A stretch of DNA of 61,499 bases from an uncultured Thermoplasmatales archaeon. Lineage in GTDB: Archaea > Thermoplasmatota > E2 > DHVEG-1. The first letter of the stretch is position 1, and each line of letters starts with the position of its first letter. A model generated the notes under the pieces. It made no database searches, was not told where the DNA came from, and was given only the letters and a program-made list of their open reading frames with translations. The translations under genes were made by a program, and so were the position numbers. Below, piece after piece: positions 28,094 to 38,681 of the stretch. Location: assembly GCA_964627915.1 (NCBI GenBank), contig CAZVKY010000001.1, forward strand, positions 6,966 through 68,464. The letters are read 5' to 3'.

Positions 28094-30916
28094 TTATTCA
28101 ACATAGATTGCGGGTCTAAGCGGTGCAGCAAATGATGCTTTTTGTTGTGGATCATAACGATCTTTATCGGTTGCATCATAGAGTTCAATGTCACAGTCAA
28201 ACAATTCTTTTAAGAAGGGAATGGTTTGTTTTAGATATTGATGTTCATTAATATCTGTTTGATATCGTTTTTTATCATGGTCTTGAAGTTTGGTGATTTC
28301 TTTTGGTAGTTTTCCTACATATTTGGATACTTGTTTTCCTTGGCGTCGGAGGTGCTCATTTTTCATGATATCTTTCATTAATCTGCCAACGTTAACTGAT
28401 CCATCTTTTGCCATGTCAATTGCTTTCAGCAGTATTTCTTTTTTCCAAGCTGGTGAAATATAATAACAGATTTTTTTCGGTGTCATTCTGGTGACTTTTA
28501 ATATTTCCTGTGTATCCTGAACAAGTTGTGACAACAAATATTCACCGACTTCATCTTTTTCAGAAATCTCTGTTGCATCAAAGCTGGGATACTCCATTGT
28601 TGAGACAAAGCTATCTTGTGTTTGATGCCATAATTCTTCTGCAATATGGGGTGTTACAGGGGTCATTAATCGAATCCAGTTTTCGGTGAACCAATGAATG
28701 ATTTTTTTATTTCCTCCTCCCCGTTTTCGATACCATTGTAGGGTTTTATACATTTCAAAATAAATCTCGTTTGCGGCGACACGAAGATTATAGGAATCAT
28801 ATTGAGTAGTGATATGATGAATATGTCTGTTCATTTTGCTTTTTAGCCAATGATCAAGATTTGAGTTCGGTTCTTTGTCTAACTGTCTGAGTCGTTGAAT
28901 AAACTGAAAAAGATTGATAATTCGTTTTTTATATTTAGTAACTGCAGCACTATCCCATTCAATATCGACAAATGGTGAACCCACATGAGTGTAATACAGG
29001 CGCATGGCATCGATTCCATAGATGTTTGCTGCTTCAGCGACATGTTCAGCTCCGCCTTTTGATTTACTGATTTTTTCTTTTCCTTTTTGAGTAACCCACC
29101 AGTGAACAAAGATTCCTTGTGGTCGATTTTTTTCTGGAAGTACAGCAACATGATTCATGATGAACACTGGGAAATGAACGGTTTTATGTTCTTTTCCTCC
29201 TAAATTGATATCAACGGGATACCAATAGTGAAAATCATCTTGGATTTCCTTCCAAATACGATTAGTTGGCTCTCCTTGATTTAGAAACACATAATCAAAG
29301 AATGCCTCAGTCATTTCTTCTGGTTTTATTTTGTTTTCATTAACATATTTTGATATAATATAATAAGCAGGGTAAAGGGTTGAATCTGAAATTGGTTCAA
29401 CAATCCAACCTTCTTTAAAGGGGAATTTGGTGCCCAGCCATGATCCTTTTCGAATGCATGCTCGATCATCAAACCAATCCAGGATGCCGGGGAGTTCTTC
29501 TTTGTATTCTTCAGGGGATATGTTCATGGTTTTAACATGTTCTTTTGATTCAGTGGTTAACTTCTTATCACTATATTTGATAAACCATTGATCTGGTATT
29601 TGTTTGATAACAACTTGTTCTCCACATCGACAGATAACGTCTTCGGAGAATTCTCTGAGAAGTGTGGCATCATTTTGTTGAATGAGCTTATTTTTTACTT
29701 GATCTTTGATCTCAGAGACCTTTATACCAGCGTATTCACCACATTTTTCATTTAAAATACCCGTATGAAATTCTTTTTTGTAGACCAGGTCTGTTGCTTC
29801 TTCTAGTTTTGCGGTTTCGTGTTGTGAGGAAATATTCATGTCTTCACAGATTTTTCGAGCAGGGTTCTCACCGAGATCCTTTACCGTAATGATAGTGATA
29901 GGATCGATATCTTGTTTTGTTTCTATAAGTGCAATGTAATCATAGGGTGCATGAGCTGGAACAGACATCACAATTCCAGTAGCAATGTTTGGATCAGCGA
30001 AAGGTCCAGAAAGAAGAGGTATAGTGCGATTAAGCAGGGGTATATGACATGTTTTTCCAATGAGATCTTTTCCATTTATGGTTTCCGTGGTGATTGATAC
30101 ATGATCCTGTTGATGGGTGAGTTTTTCTGCTCCTTCTTTTGAGGTTATCCAGGTTTCATCATTAACAGTAATTTTTACATAGGTGACATCTGGGTTAATC
30201 CAAATATTGGTAACACCAAAAATGGTTTCTGGTCGAAGAGTGGCAGTGGGTAGGATTGTTCCATCATCTAATCTGAATTTGATTACTGTGAATTCAAGGA
30301 TTTCTGCATTTCCTCCGCTGGAGATATCTGTTTCTGATTTGTCAACAGCTACTGGTCCACATCTTGTGCAAAATGGTGCGAAATGGGGTTTCTGGATGAG
30401 AAGATTTTTTTGGTGAAGTTTATGGAATTGCCATTGAATGAATTTTTTATATCCTTCTGAAATAGTACTCATAATCCTGGAGTAATCGATTAAAAAACCA
30501 AATTTTTTCCAGTAATCTTCAACATAAACAGAGGCAAAATAGCGTACTACTTCCTTGGGATCAGTGAGAGAATTGATACAGTCATCGCTGCACCCGTAGT
30601 CTCTTAATATTTTGATGGTTGCTGGATCCTTTCGTTCAACTTTTTTTGAAAAACCAATAGATGGTATACCAGATGCATGAAAACCAGCTGGAAAAAGCAC
30701 ATCGTAACCCTTCATTCGTTTATATCTGGCGATAATATCACAATAGGTGAATCCCCGCATATGTCCAACATGAAGATAACCGGAAACACCGGGATAAGCA
30801 AAATGGATGAAACATTTTTTATCAGTTTTTTTTGAGGCTTTGTATATTTCGTTTTTAAACCATGCATCCTGCCATTTTTGTTCTGTGGAAACATAGTCAT
30901 ATGTTGTTTCTGACAT
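28094..30916 (-). CDS. leuS: leucine-tRNA ligase
   Basis: HVGHMRG (HIGH), KISKSKG (KMSKS), CP1 editing insert. Start moved to MSETTYDYVSTEQKWQDAW (ATG 30914-30916). Confidence 0.9.
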   Translation of the reverse strand: MSETTYDYVSTEQKWQDAWFKNEIYKASKKTDKKCFIHFAYPGVSGYLHVGHMRGFTYCDIIARYKRMKGYDVLFPAGFHASGIPSIGFSKKVERKDPATIKILRDYGCSDDCINSLTDPKEVVRYFASVYVEDYWKKFGFLIDYSRIMSTISEGYKKFIQWQFHKLHQKNLLIQKPHFAPFCTRCGPVAVDKSETDISSGGNAEILEFTVIKFRLDDGTILPTATLRPETIFGVTNIWINPDVTYVKITVNDETWITSKEGAEKLTHQQDHVSITTETINGKDLIGKTCHIPLLNRTIPLLSGPFADPNIATGIVMSVPAHAPYDYIALIETKQDIDPITIITVKDLGENPARKICEDMNISSQHETAKLEEATDLVYKKEFHTGILNEKCGEYAGIKVSEIKDQVKNKLIQQNDATLLREFSEDVICRCGEQVVIKQIPDQWFIKYSDKKLTTESKEHVKTMNISPEEYKEELPGILDWFDDRACIRKGSWLGTKFPFKEGWIVEPISDSTLYPAYYIISKYVNENKIKPEEMTEAFFDYVFLNQGEPTNRIWKEIQDDFHYWYPVDINLGGKEHKTVHFPVFIMNHVAVLPEKNRPQGIFVHWWVTQKGKEKISKSKGGAEHVAEAANIYGIDAMRLYYTHVGSPFVDIEWDSAAVTKYKKRIINLFQFIQRLRQLDKEPNSNLDHWLKSKMNRHIHHITTQYDSYNLRVAANEIYFEMYKTLQWYRKRGGGNKKIIHWFTENWIRLMTPVTPHIAEELWHQTQDSFVSTMEYPSFDATEISEKDEVGEYLLSQLVQDTQEILKVTRMTPKKICYYISPAWKKEILLKAIDMAKDGSVNVGRLMKDIMKNEHLRRQGKQVSKYVGKLPKEITKLQDHDKKRYQTDINEHQYLKQTIPFLKELFDCDIELYDATDKDRYDPQQKASFAAPLRPAIYVE

Positions 30917-31110
30917 CGTTTGTTCCGTCGTGGGAATCTCTGTTGCTTTATATAATGCTTTTTGATTGTAATTGAGTAATCGCATCTTTTGATCTCAACT
31001 TTTTTAGAAAAATAGAACCATATTATATTAATTTAACAATAAAATATATATCAAAAAAGCGTATTGGGTTTTCTCAACAAATAAAAAAATATGAATGAGA
31101 TGACGCTACC

Positions 31111-31590
31111 GTGAAACGATTACACGTTTTTTTAAAGAACAATAATGCAGTTTCTGAGGAATTTACCGCTCTTCCTGCATTAGCGATGGTGATGATAGGA
31201 ATCACTCTTTTTTTAATTATTCTTTCTAGTAGTTACACAAGTCTTGAAAACCAAACGAATCAAGTTGAACAAATCAAACAAGCAGAGTATATCTCATCTC
31301 AACTGTTGAACCCAACCGCTCCATTTATTTCATCTAAAGGCAGTTTCAACCTAGAATGTTTTCAGCAAAACAGTGGAAAAAAATATGTGACATTGTTACA
31401 AAAATCCATGAACCAGGTCTCACTTAATTTTACTACAAAGCTTTCATTTCAAAATTCATCTTTTTATTTTCCCAATCCTCCACCAACTAATCATCAAAAT
31501 ATCCTTGGCTATTCAACAGCAATAACCCTTGATCTAAATGAGGTGTATACCTGTCCAGGAATGATTACCATTATTATGTGGGAGAGATAA
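31111..31590 (+). CDS. hypothetical N-terminally anchored protein P1 (pilin-like head)
   Basis: GTG start. MKRLHVFLKNNNAVSEEFTALPALAMVMIGITLFLIIL, then a polar Q/N/S-rich domain. Ends MITIIMWER*. Confidence 0.6.
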   Translation: MKRLHVFLKNNNAVSEEFTALPALAMVMIGITLFLIILSSSYTSLENQTNQVEQIKQAEYISSQLLNPTAPFISSKGSFNLECFQQNSGKKYVTLLQKSMNQVSLNFTTKLSFQNSSFYFPNPPPTNHQNILGYSTAITLDLNEVYTCPGMITIIMWER

Positions 31591-31598
31591 ACCATATC

Positions 31599-32939
31599 AT
31601 GAAAAGAAAACAAAAGAAAAAACAAAGGAAAAAATTCTGGTCAAATACACAAGCGTTATCAGTAATGTATGATGCAGTGTTGTTTCTTGTATTAGTTTCG
31701 CTATCTGGTATCATTCTTTTTCCTGCTTTACAACCTCAGATTCTTTCTGATGTAACAATTGAGGAATTAAATGAGAAAAAAGTCGATGATATTCACCATA
31801 TGATGCTGTGTTCTATGCCGGAACAATGTCAGTATTCAGTTGCTGGCAATCTTATAGATGAGGCCGCTATTTCATTAGGCATTAATACCACTCAGGAGGA
31901 GGGATTATATCAGACAATAATTAATCGAGTTATTGGCCATGAGCTGCATCATTCTACCTTTGCTCAGCTGATTGTAGAAAACCTAGCAGTTCAATGGCAG
32001 TTTTCCCTGTTTAATCAGAGTGTTAATCAGCTGAACATGCTCACAAGTGAATATAGCAGTGCTTTGACAGAGGAAATTCAATCATTTTTAGATGAACAGT
32101 TATCGCAGCGGTATCATTATCAGTTCAACGCACAATGGTATCCTATTACTGGAATATCATTCGGGGGTTCCTTAAGTGCAGGTGAAACCCCACCGGAGAC
32201 GAATTATTTCATCTCAAAGAAAACAGTTTCAATGCCGTTTCCGCCAGCACTGAGTTGGGATGATAAAACTGTTGTATTCTCAGAATATTGGATAGAATCC
32301 ATGTTCTTAGATTTATTTATTGAAAAACAACAACAGTTAGATAATATATCTATGATTACACAAAAAATTCATAATCAGACCAATTTAGTAAATGATTCCC
32401 AGTTCTTTAAACAACATCTTTCAGAGAATCTCACTAATCTTTTTATTGATTTTACTGTTGATGGTATTTACCTGACAAATAATTCTCTTTTTTTCTCTGG
32501 AGTTATATCATTATTGATAGATGAATTATTCTCATCGCTATTTGCCTTAATCCATGATGTCGCTGATGAAACGATACAAACAGTTATCGGGGATGGAATA
32601 GCGCAGGTTGAATCGTTTTTTACTGAGATAAATGCAACTAGTCTAATTCAACCCATAGAAGATAGAATAGTTAGTGAAATAAGCATGTTTATCTCAGATG
32701 CGTTGAATACCTCGTTTTCATCTATTGATTCTGCTCTTCATCAGTTAAAAGAGCAGATTAAGCAATTCATCGCTGAAGAACTCTTTCGATTATTTCAACC
32801 AATTGCACTGCAATGTGCAACAATGATTATTGATCATGAACTATCATTAGTAGAAAGTATAAACACGATTTCTTCTTACATCGCTGATCAGTTTTCTATT
32901 TCCCAGGCAACGATGACATTAACGATTTGGGAGAAATAA
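31599..32939 (+). CDS. hypothetical N-terminally anchored protein P2
   Basis: ATG 9 nt after the P1 stop. MKRKQKKKQRKKFWSNTQALSVMYDAVLFLVLVSLSGIILF. Ends MTLTIWEK*. Confidence 0.6.
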   Translation: MKRKQKKKQRKKFWSNTQALSVMYDAVLFLVLVSLSGIILFPALQPQILSDVTIEELNEKKVDDIHHMMLCSMPEQCQYSVAGNLIDEAAISLGINTTQEEGLYQTIINRVIGHELHHSTFAQLIVENLAVQWQFSLFNQSVNQLNMLTSEYSSALTEEIQSFLDEQLSQRYHYQFNAQWYPITGISFGGSLSAGETPPETNYFISKKTVSMPFPPALSWDDKTVVFSEYWIESMFLDLFIEKQQQLDNISMITQKIHNQTNLVNDSQFFKQHLSENLTNLFIDFTVDGIYLTNNSLFFSGVISLLIDELFSSLFALIHDVADETIQTVIGDGIAQVESFFTEINATSLIQPIEDRIVSEISMFISDALNTSFSSIDSALHQLKEQIKQFIAEELFRLFQPIALQCATMIIDHELSLVESINTISSYIADQFSISQATMTLTIWEK

Positions 32940-35668
32940 TGATGTCTAATAGAATTTGTTTCATTAGAAACACTGATGCTCGGATACCTTTTGCCATCAT
33001 TGGTGTATTTCTCCTTCTGGGTAGCAGCATGGTAAGTCTTGTGTTCTCAGAGATGCAACGAGATCAAGTAATTAGTTTTAGTGAAACATCTGATACTGAT
33101 CTTCTTGCTTCATTTGTTTATGATGCTGAATCCGATATCAGTAGAATTGTAAATATGATTGGGATTCGATCATTAGCAAAAATAGCTAAAAACCCGGTGA
33201 TTGACCCAGTTGGAAATGATAGTGCAGCAGTAGTGAATAAAAATCGGTTGAAACAACAACTCGTGTCAGAATTAAATGCTTACTTGATTAGTAATTATTA
33301 TGATAATGCTTTTCATAATAGTAATTATGCTCTTAATGTTGTCATTCCAGAAAATAAATCATACCCTCTTCAGTCAACACAACAGATTAGGATTTCTCCT
33401 GTTGAAATGAAACTAAAAAGAGGGATGAATCTACCCTTTTTAGGGCCAATGGATCAGCAAATGGTTCCTACGTATTGGCGTGTATCTTTTGATCTTCCGG
33501 TGATTATTTCAACACCGTTTTCATCATCACAAAACCTTGTTTTAAATCAAACCTTGCAGATTTCAACAGTGATTAATGTTCGTTACCCATTATTAGTTCA
33601 TTTGGTTGATGAATATCAGCAGACTATTGATGGATTAGGGCCAATGTGGACAACAACGACATTGTTGTCAAATGTGTATTCGTTAGCCCGAGGATATAAA
33701 CATTATCAATCAGGTAAACCCTTGAATGTGGTGGCAAACAAGCATCTAGCACCAATAGTGAATGCTGGTTTATTGCTTGAGGAAAGTCTAGTCTTTGGAA
33801 GTGTGGATCCTGGTTTTCTTATAGAGTTTATTAATCAGCTGCAACAATCAATCCGAAAAAAAGATGGGGTTACTTCTCTTAATCAGTGTAATAGCCTTGT
33901 TGATAATATGTTTTCAATAGATGTTTCTGATTTTTCTGAAATCCCTATTGATGGTGATGAACCGGGTAATATTTCAGCTTCTCCTCCAATAGTAAATATT
34001 TCTTGGATTGCTGAACAGCCATTGTATTGGTATCCAATAGTAACTCTGCTGTTTTCTAGTGATACTGGAGAAATAATAACAGAAATGTTAGATAATCCTA
34101 CTGCTGATGATATTCAGGATTGTATTAATTCACAATTAAAAAATGGATCTATTTTTAAAGAAATAGTGCGAAAAGATCCAATGAGAAATAGTTCAACTCA
34201 ACAAATTGTCAGAGATATTATTGAAACAACGTATAGCTCTGTGTTTTCCTCTGTTGTTCAAAAACAGAATACCCCAAGTATCACCTTGGGAGATCATGAT
34301 GGGTATCCTATTGATAACGGCTCAAGCTCTTGGGTGTTTGATAAACATATTCTTAAAGAAACAAAGGGAAAACCAGGGAAAGGATCAATTCAACCAGGGT
34401 CAACATTGTATACTGAGTGGTATGATGTGATCTGGAAACGGGATCATATTTGGAGTAAAAAAGAAATCATCCATCAAGGAAATGAAACCATTACTAATTG
34501 GGAATCAATAAAGGTTACAGATAAAAAAACTGAAGAAGATGTAATGATTATGATTCGTCTTAATTATTATGGTAACAACGATACGATCTGTGATGTTTTT
34601 TACCCGTTTGCGGATGATTTTGATTCTAATTTAGCGGATACTATTGAAATCTATAACATTACGGTGTTTCAACCATCTATTTCAAATCTTCTTCAATCAT
34701 ATCCTGGTTCATATCATCAACAAGCAATACTTGGATCTATCCCTGATTGGGTTGAACAAAAAATATGGGAAAAATGTGATCAACATCTGAAAAACATTAG
34801 TCAGATCACCCTTGATGAAAACATCACTATTTCCAATTATCCAGATCCCGTTCAATTGTTAACTGCTGTCAGAGCTGATCTGTTATCAAAATATGCTCAG
34901 AGAAAACCAGATATTTTAAAGGAATCTTCATATGTAAATGGCTCCTGTTTTCATAGTGTCGGATGGAATGCGGTCTGGTCTGTTACAGAATGGTATGTGA
35001 ATACCGTTCAGGATGATATACATCGGGTGGTTACACAGTTGATTGAATCAGTTGAATCAACCATGGATACATCTGTTGCTTCCGTTGATGATGTTTCTGG
35101 AACTGATGTAAAACAAGCATTGAGTGCACAGAGTCTTGGATCAATGGATGATATGATCGCTATTCCATTAGGCTATGATCTTGATCTTTTCTTAAATGAG
35201 AATTCGAATTATTCTCATCATGAAACCCTTCGACTTGCAGTGGATCATCAGCCTAATTATTTAAATCCATTCGAAAAACAAACAATTGATGATTCTGAAA
35301 AGTATTTTATAAAAATTGAAAATATCTGCACGCTTGGTTCAACTGGTCTTCCATTGTTACCACCTACACCAACGACGCCTTGGATAATAACCCTTAACAT
35401 ATGGATCATTCGGGTGAGCGGTCATTATGCTGAATTTAGCGTTTCTGATTGTAATCAGGAAACCATTTTTCATCCACTTATGGGACATGTGCCCCTTGTG
35501 TATTGTAGAAAGGATGCTCCAGTCTATGATGATCAGGGAACACTGATTGGATATAATAGACCGTTATCGTTTTCATTGGACCTTGTTGCTTGTAGTGTTG
35601 TCCCCTCCTGGGGGATGATGGTTGGAGATATTGAAGGTGGTCTTATTGAAACTCATGGTGGCTCATAA
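32939..35668 (+). CDS. hypothetical large N-terminally anchored, sequon-rich protein P3 (909 aa)
   Basis: ATG overlaps the P2 stop (TAATG). MMSNRICFIRNTDARIPFAIIGVFLLLGSSMVSLVF. Many N-x-S/T sites and no catalytic motif recognised. Confidence 0.65.
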   Translation: MMSNRICFIRNTDARIPFAIIGVFLLLGSSMVSLVFSEMQRDQVISFSETSDTDLLASFVYDAESDISRIVNMIGIRSLAKIAKNPVIDPVGNDSAAVVNKNRLKQQLVSELNAYLISNYYDNAFHNSNYALNVVIPENKSYPLQSTQQIRISPVEMKLKRGMNLPFLGPMDQQMVPTYWRVSFDLPVIISTPFSSSQNLVLNQTLQISTVINVRYPLLVHLVDEYQQTIDGLGPMWTTTTLLSNVYSLARGYKHYQSGKPLNVVANKHLAPIVNAGLLLEESLVFGSVDPGFLIEFINQLQQSIRKKDGVTSLNQCNSLVDNMFSIDVSDFSEIPIDGDEPGNISASPPIVNISWIAEQPLYWYPIVTLLFSSDTGEIITEMLDNPTADDIQDCINSQLKNGSIFKEIVRKDPMRNSSTQQIVRDIIETTYSSVFSSVVQKQNTPSITLGDHDGYPIDNGSSSWVFDKHILKETKGKPGKGSIQPGSTLYTEWYDVIWKRDHIWSKKEIIHQGNETITNWESIKVTDKKTEEDVMIMIRLNYYGNNDTICDVFYPFADDFDSNLADTIEIYNITVFQPSISNLLQSYPGSYHQQAILGSIPDWVEQKIWEKCDQHLKNISQITLDENITISNYPDPVQLLTAVRADLLSKYAQRKPDILKESSYVNGSCFHSVGWNAVWSVTEWYVNTVQDDIHRVVTQLIESVESTMDTSVASVDDVSGTDVKQALSAQSLGSMDDMIAIPLGYDLDLFLNENSNYSHHETLRLAVDHQPNYLNPFEKQTIDDSEKYFIKIENICTLGSTGLPLLPPTPTTPWIITLNIWIIRVSGHYAEFSVSDCNQETIFHPLMGHVPLVYCRKDAPVYDDQGTLIGYNRPLSFSLDLVACSVVPSWGMMVGDIEGGLIETHGGS

Positions 35669-35681
35669 AAAAGAAGATGGT

Positions 35682-36050
35682 TTAGCGTTGGATGTTGTCA
35701 TCTTGTTGATGATATGGTGGACTTACAATACAGTAAAATCCTAATGGTTCTTTGCCTGTGTTTTCAATATATTGAATACTGTTTTTTGGAATAAGAATCA
35801 CCTGTTGTTTGCTGACTGCTTCTTGATCATTATCAATATGCATGATCCCTTTGCCTTTGATGATGATGTAGAGTTCAGTAGAATGTGTTAATCGGTGTGG
35901 AATTGATTTTTTATATGAAGAAAGTTCGGCATACGCTAGACTATAAGGCAAGGAATAACTAGTGTTTTTATGAGGATGAAAAAGCTCAGTAAGTTTCGTG
36001 TTATCTTGAACTGGAAAGAATTCTTGTTCGTTGATATCTTTGATAATCAT
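35682..36050 (-). CDS. cupin-domain protein
   Basis: 122 aa. HPHKNT...HRLTHSTELYIIIKGKG...ENTG two-motif cupin pattern. Confidence 0.7.
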   Translation of the reverse strand: MIIKDINEQEFFPVQDNTKLTELFHPHKNTSYSLPYSLAYAELSSYKKSIPHRLTHSTELYIIIKGKGIMHIDNDQEAVSKQQVILIPKNSIQYIENTGKEPLGFYCIVSPPYHQQDDNIQR

Positions 36051-36065
36051 AGTTGTAATCTTAAT

Positions 36066-38099
36066 TTATGTTTTTTCATTTAGTATTTGCCGTAATGGAA
36101 TATAGGCAAGAAGAAGTGCAATAAATGCCCAGATGAGAATACCTGGCCACCAGGGAGCATAAGTAAACAAGGATAGATTGATACCGATGACTACAAGAAT
36201 AGCAATGGCCACGCCCATCAGCGCTTCTCCTGCGACAAGACCAGCAGTAAATAGTAATCCAGTGCGGATTGTTTTTTCTTGTGGTTTGATATCGGTTTGT
36301 TTGATGGCTAGTTCCCAATCACTTATTTGTTCCTCCTCTGATGTTCCATAGCGTTTTTGTAGATAGCTATCCGTGAAATGTCGGATGATTCCACCTGAAA
36401 AAATAGGTATTGATAAGGTAAAAGGTAAATAAATACCAATAGCTACTGGCAGCACGGGTAGATCTATCAGGATGAGCACTACCGCAAGAACCATACCGGC
36501 TATGACATAAGGCCAGAGCATTTCACCACCGAGTACTCCTTGCACGATTCCTTTCATGAGAAAGGCTTGTGGTGCAGGTAATTGCCGACTTCCAATAGTG
36601 AATGCTTCATGAAGGACACCGATGACCAGACCAATTACTGATGATATCGCAAGGACACCAAGGGTCATGGAGATTTGAAGTTTTCGTGGAGTTGCTCCTA
36701 GCATTTGTCCGCAGGCCATGGATTGAAGTAGGTCTCCAGAGATGGATCCGCCAATACAGATAACTGCTGAGATAAATACAACGATAGCCATTCCTGCTGG
36801 TCCGGTAACACCAAAACTAAGCATGATTAAACTAACCACCAGTAATACTGCAACGGTGACTCCGGAGATTGGACAGTTTGAGGATCCAACGAGCCCCGTG
36901 AGATAGCCAGCGAGAGCACTGGCTAGAAAAGCAAAGCCTATGGTGATAACGGCCATTATGAGTGAGATAGCGATAAGTTCTGATAACCAAATGTAGAGTA
37001 AAAAGATAGGGATGATCATTAAGACGATGAAGGTAAAGACAAGTTTGTATCGAACGTCTTGTTCTGTTCGTTTTTTATTTGGGTTTTCACCTCCTTTTAA
37101 TCCCATGATGGCTTCTTTCACACTATCCACTAGGTTGTAACGAATGGACCAGATCGCCCATAATCCACCAACAAGCATTGCACCAACTCCAAGGTAACGG
37201 ATTTGATTTCCCCAGATTTGGAAAAATCCCCAGATATATGTTCCGAGTTCTAGGTTTCCATGCCCCATGGCAAGGGCATCGGATAGTTGAGCTTGGGTGC
37301 TTGGACTTGGTAAACCAGTGGCTAAAGCTACAAGTGGAGCGATGATACTCCATCCGATGAGTCCTCCAACGAGAACGTAGGATGAAATTTTTGGTCCAAT
37401 GATCCATCCAACTCCAAGTAGTGCTGGTGAAGTGGTTACTCCGCCATAAACCCATCCCTGATTGTTTTTTCCCCCAATGGAAAATGTTCCTATTGAGGTG
37501 ATATATTCTATAGTTCCCCGAAAGATATTAAGCGATAGTTCTCCAAATTTATATAAAGCTGCAACAAAGGCTCCTACAAGTAACCATTTGCCACTAATCT
37601 CATTTGTTTTTTTGTCTGCTTGTTCTCCACCTACTGTCGTGGTAAGAACTGCAGCAACAGCAACTCCTTCTGGGAATGGTAAATCGGTTTTTACGACTAA
37701 TGCTCTCCGGAGGGGCACCATCCATAGCACGCCGAGTAATCCACCGAGTAATGAGATGATACTTGTTTCAAGATAATGAATTTCTGTCCAGGTGCCAAGA
37801 AGCACAAGGGCAGGTATGGTAAAGATGACTCCTGCTGCAATGCATTCTCCTGCTGAAGCACCCATCGTTGCTAGATTGACTTCAAGAATGGTGCCTTTGA
37901 ATGGCTTTAACAATGCTACTGCCATTACGGCTCCTGGGATGATAGCAGAGACAGTCATTCCTGCATAGAGTCCAAGATATGCATTTGCTGCCCCAAGAAT
38001 AATGGCGAGCAATACTCCAACGATAACTGCTTTAAAGGTGAGCTCCGGAATGATTTTTTCTGAGGGGATAAATGAGTGAAAGTTTTCCCGAGAAGTCAT
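36066..38099 (-). CDS. OPT-family oligopeptide transporter
   Basis: 677 aa polytopic protein. N-terminal ELTFKAVIVGVLLAIILGAANAYLGLYAGMTVSA is typical of the OPT superfamily. Confidence 0.85.
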   Translation of the reverse strand: MTSRENFHSFIPSEKIIPELTFKAVIVGVLLAIILGAANAYLGLYAGMTVSAIIPGAVMAVALLKPFKGTILEVNLATMGASAGECIAAGVIFTIPALVLLGTWTEIHYLETSIISLLGGLLGVLWMVPLRRALVVKTDLPFPEGVAVAAVLTTTVGGEQADKKTNEISGKWLLVGAFVAALYKFGELSLNIFRGTIEYITSIGTFSIGGKNNQGWVYGGVTTSPALLGVGWIIGPKISSYVLVGGLIGWSIIAPLVALATGLPSPSTQAQLSDALAMGHGNLELGTYIWGFFQIWGNQIRYLGVGAMLVGGLWAIWSIRYNLVDSVKEAIMGLKGGENPNKKRTEQDVRYKLVFTFIVLMIIPIFLLYIWLSELIAISLIMAVITIGFAFLASALAGYLTGLVGSSNCPISGVTVAVLLVVSLIMLSFGVTGPAGMAIVVFISAVICIGGSISGDLLQSMACGQMLGATPRKLQISMTLGVLAISSVIGLVIGVLHEAFTIGSRQLPAPQAFLMKGIVQGVLGGEMLWPYVIAGMVLAVVLILIDLPVLPVAIGIYLPFTLSIPIFSGGIIRHFTDSYLQKRYGTSEEEQISDWELAIKQTDIKPQEKTIRTGLLFTAGLVAGEALMGVAIAILVVIGINLSLFTYAPWWPGILIWAFIALLLAYIPLRQILNEKT

Positions 38100-38366
38100 C
38101 AGTAATAATATATGCCCATCTTATTATTAAAATGTAATGTTTTTATAAAAATAAGTGCTATTTTTAAAGATATGAAAAGCATTAAATAGTGAACTTATCT
38201 TCCCTTTGTTAATCATTTATGTGGGGAGAGCAATTCGTTATGTTTCAAGAAAAAGAAGAACAACTACTTCGTTTTGGAAAGCTAGAATTAGTTGATAAAG
38301 AAATCTATTTTATTGCGTTTAATAGAAGAGATACGTAATGAAACTTTATTCTCCATTCTTTATTTT

Positions 38367-38564
38367 TTAAATAATGGTTGCAAAAATATTTTGCAAAAAG
38401 TCGAAAACACCGACTAGATCAAGCCCAATCATGATACCGAAAAATAAGAGCAATGCCACTAAAACTTTGATCGCAAATTTGATAATTTTCCAGGACACTA
38501 TGAGAACAAGAATAATGATTAAGAATAAAGCCCAAAGTGGTAGAGTTAATCCAAATAATTCCAT
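38367..38564 (-). CDS. small two-TM membrane protein
   Basis: 65 aa, two hydrophobic helices. The antisense + ORF looks spurious. Confidence 0.45.
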   Translation of the reverse strand: MELFGLTLPLWALFLIIILVLIVSWKIIKFAIKVLVALLLFFGIMIGLDLVGVFDFLQNIFATII

Positions 38565-38681
38565 TGCTTTTTTCCTCTCTTCAACGTATAAGCCTATAAT
38601 AGGTTGTTTTTTTATAATGATTGTGTTTTTTTAAAGGATGTCATCAAAACCTTCTAAAATAGCAGTTAGTTATGTGATATT

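Noticed and set aside
30917-30985. 23-aa N-terminal extension of leuS.
   Set aside because: The LeuRS-like N-terminus (....EQKWQDAW) begins right after the internal Met at 30916. The extension is probably untranslated.
36076-37776. Several 80-110 aa ORFs inside or antisense to the OPT transporter gene (36076-36318, 37123-37455, 37462-37776).
   Set aside because: They are shadow ORFs of a long, relatively GC-richer membrane gene, with Arg/Ser/Trp-rich nonsense-like translations. The same reasoning covers antisense ORFs inside leuS, purD, the S8 protease, mtaD and tgt.
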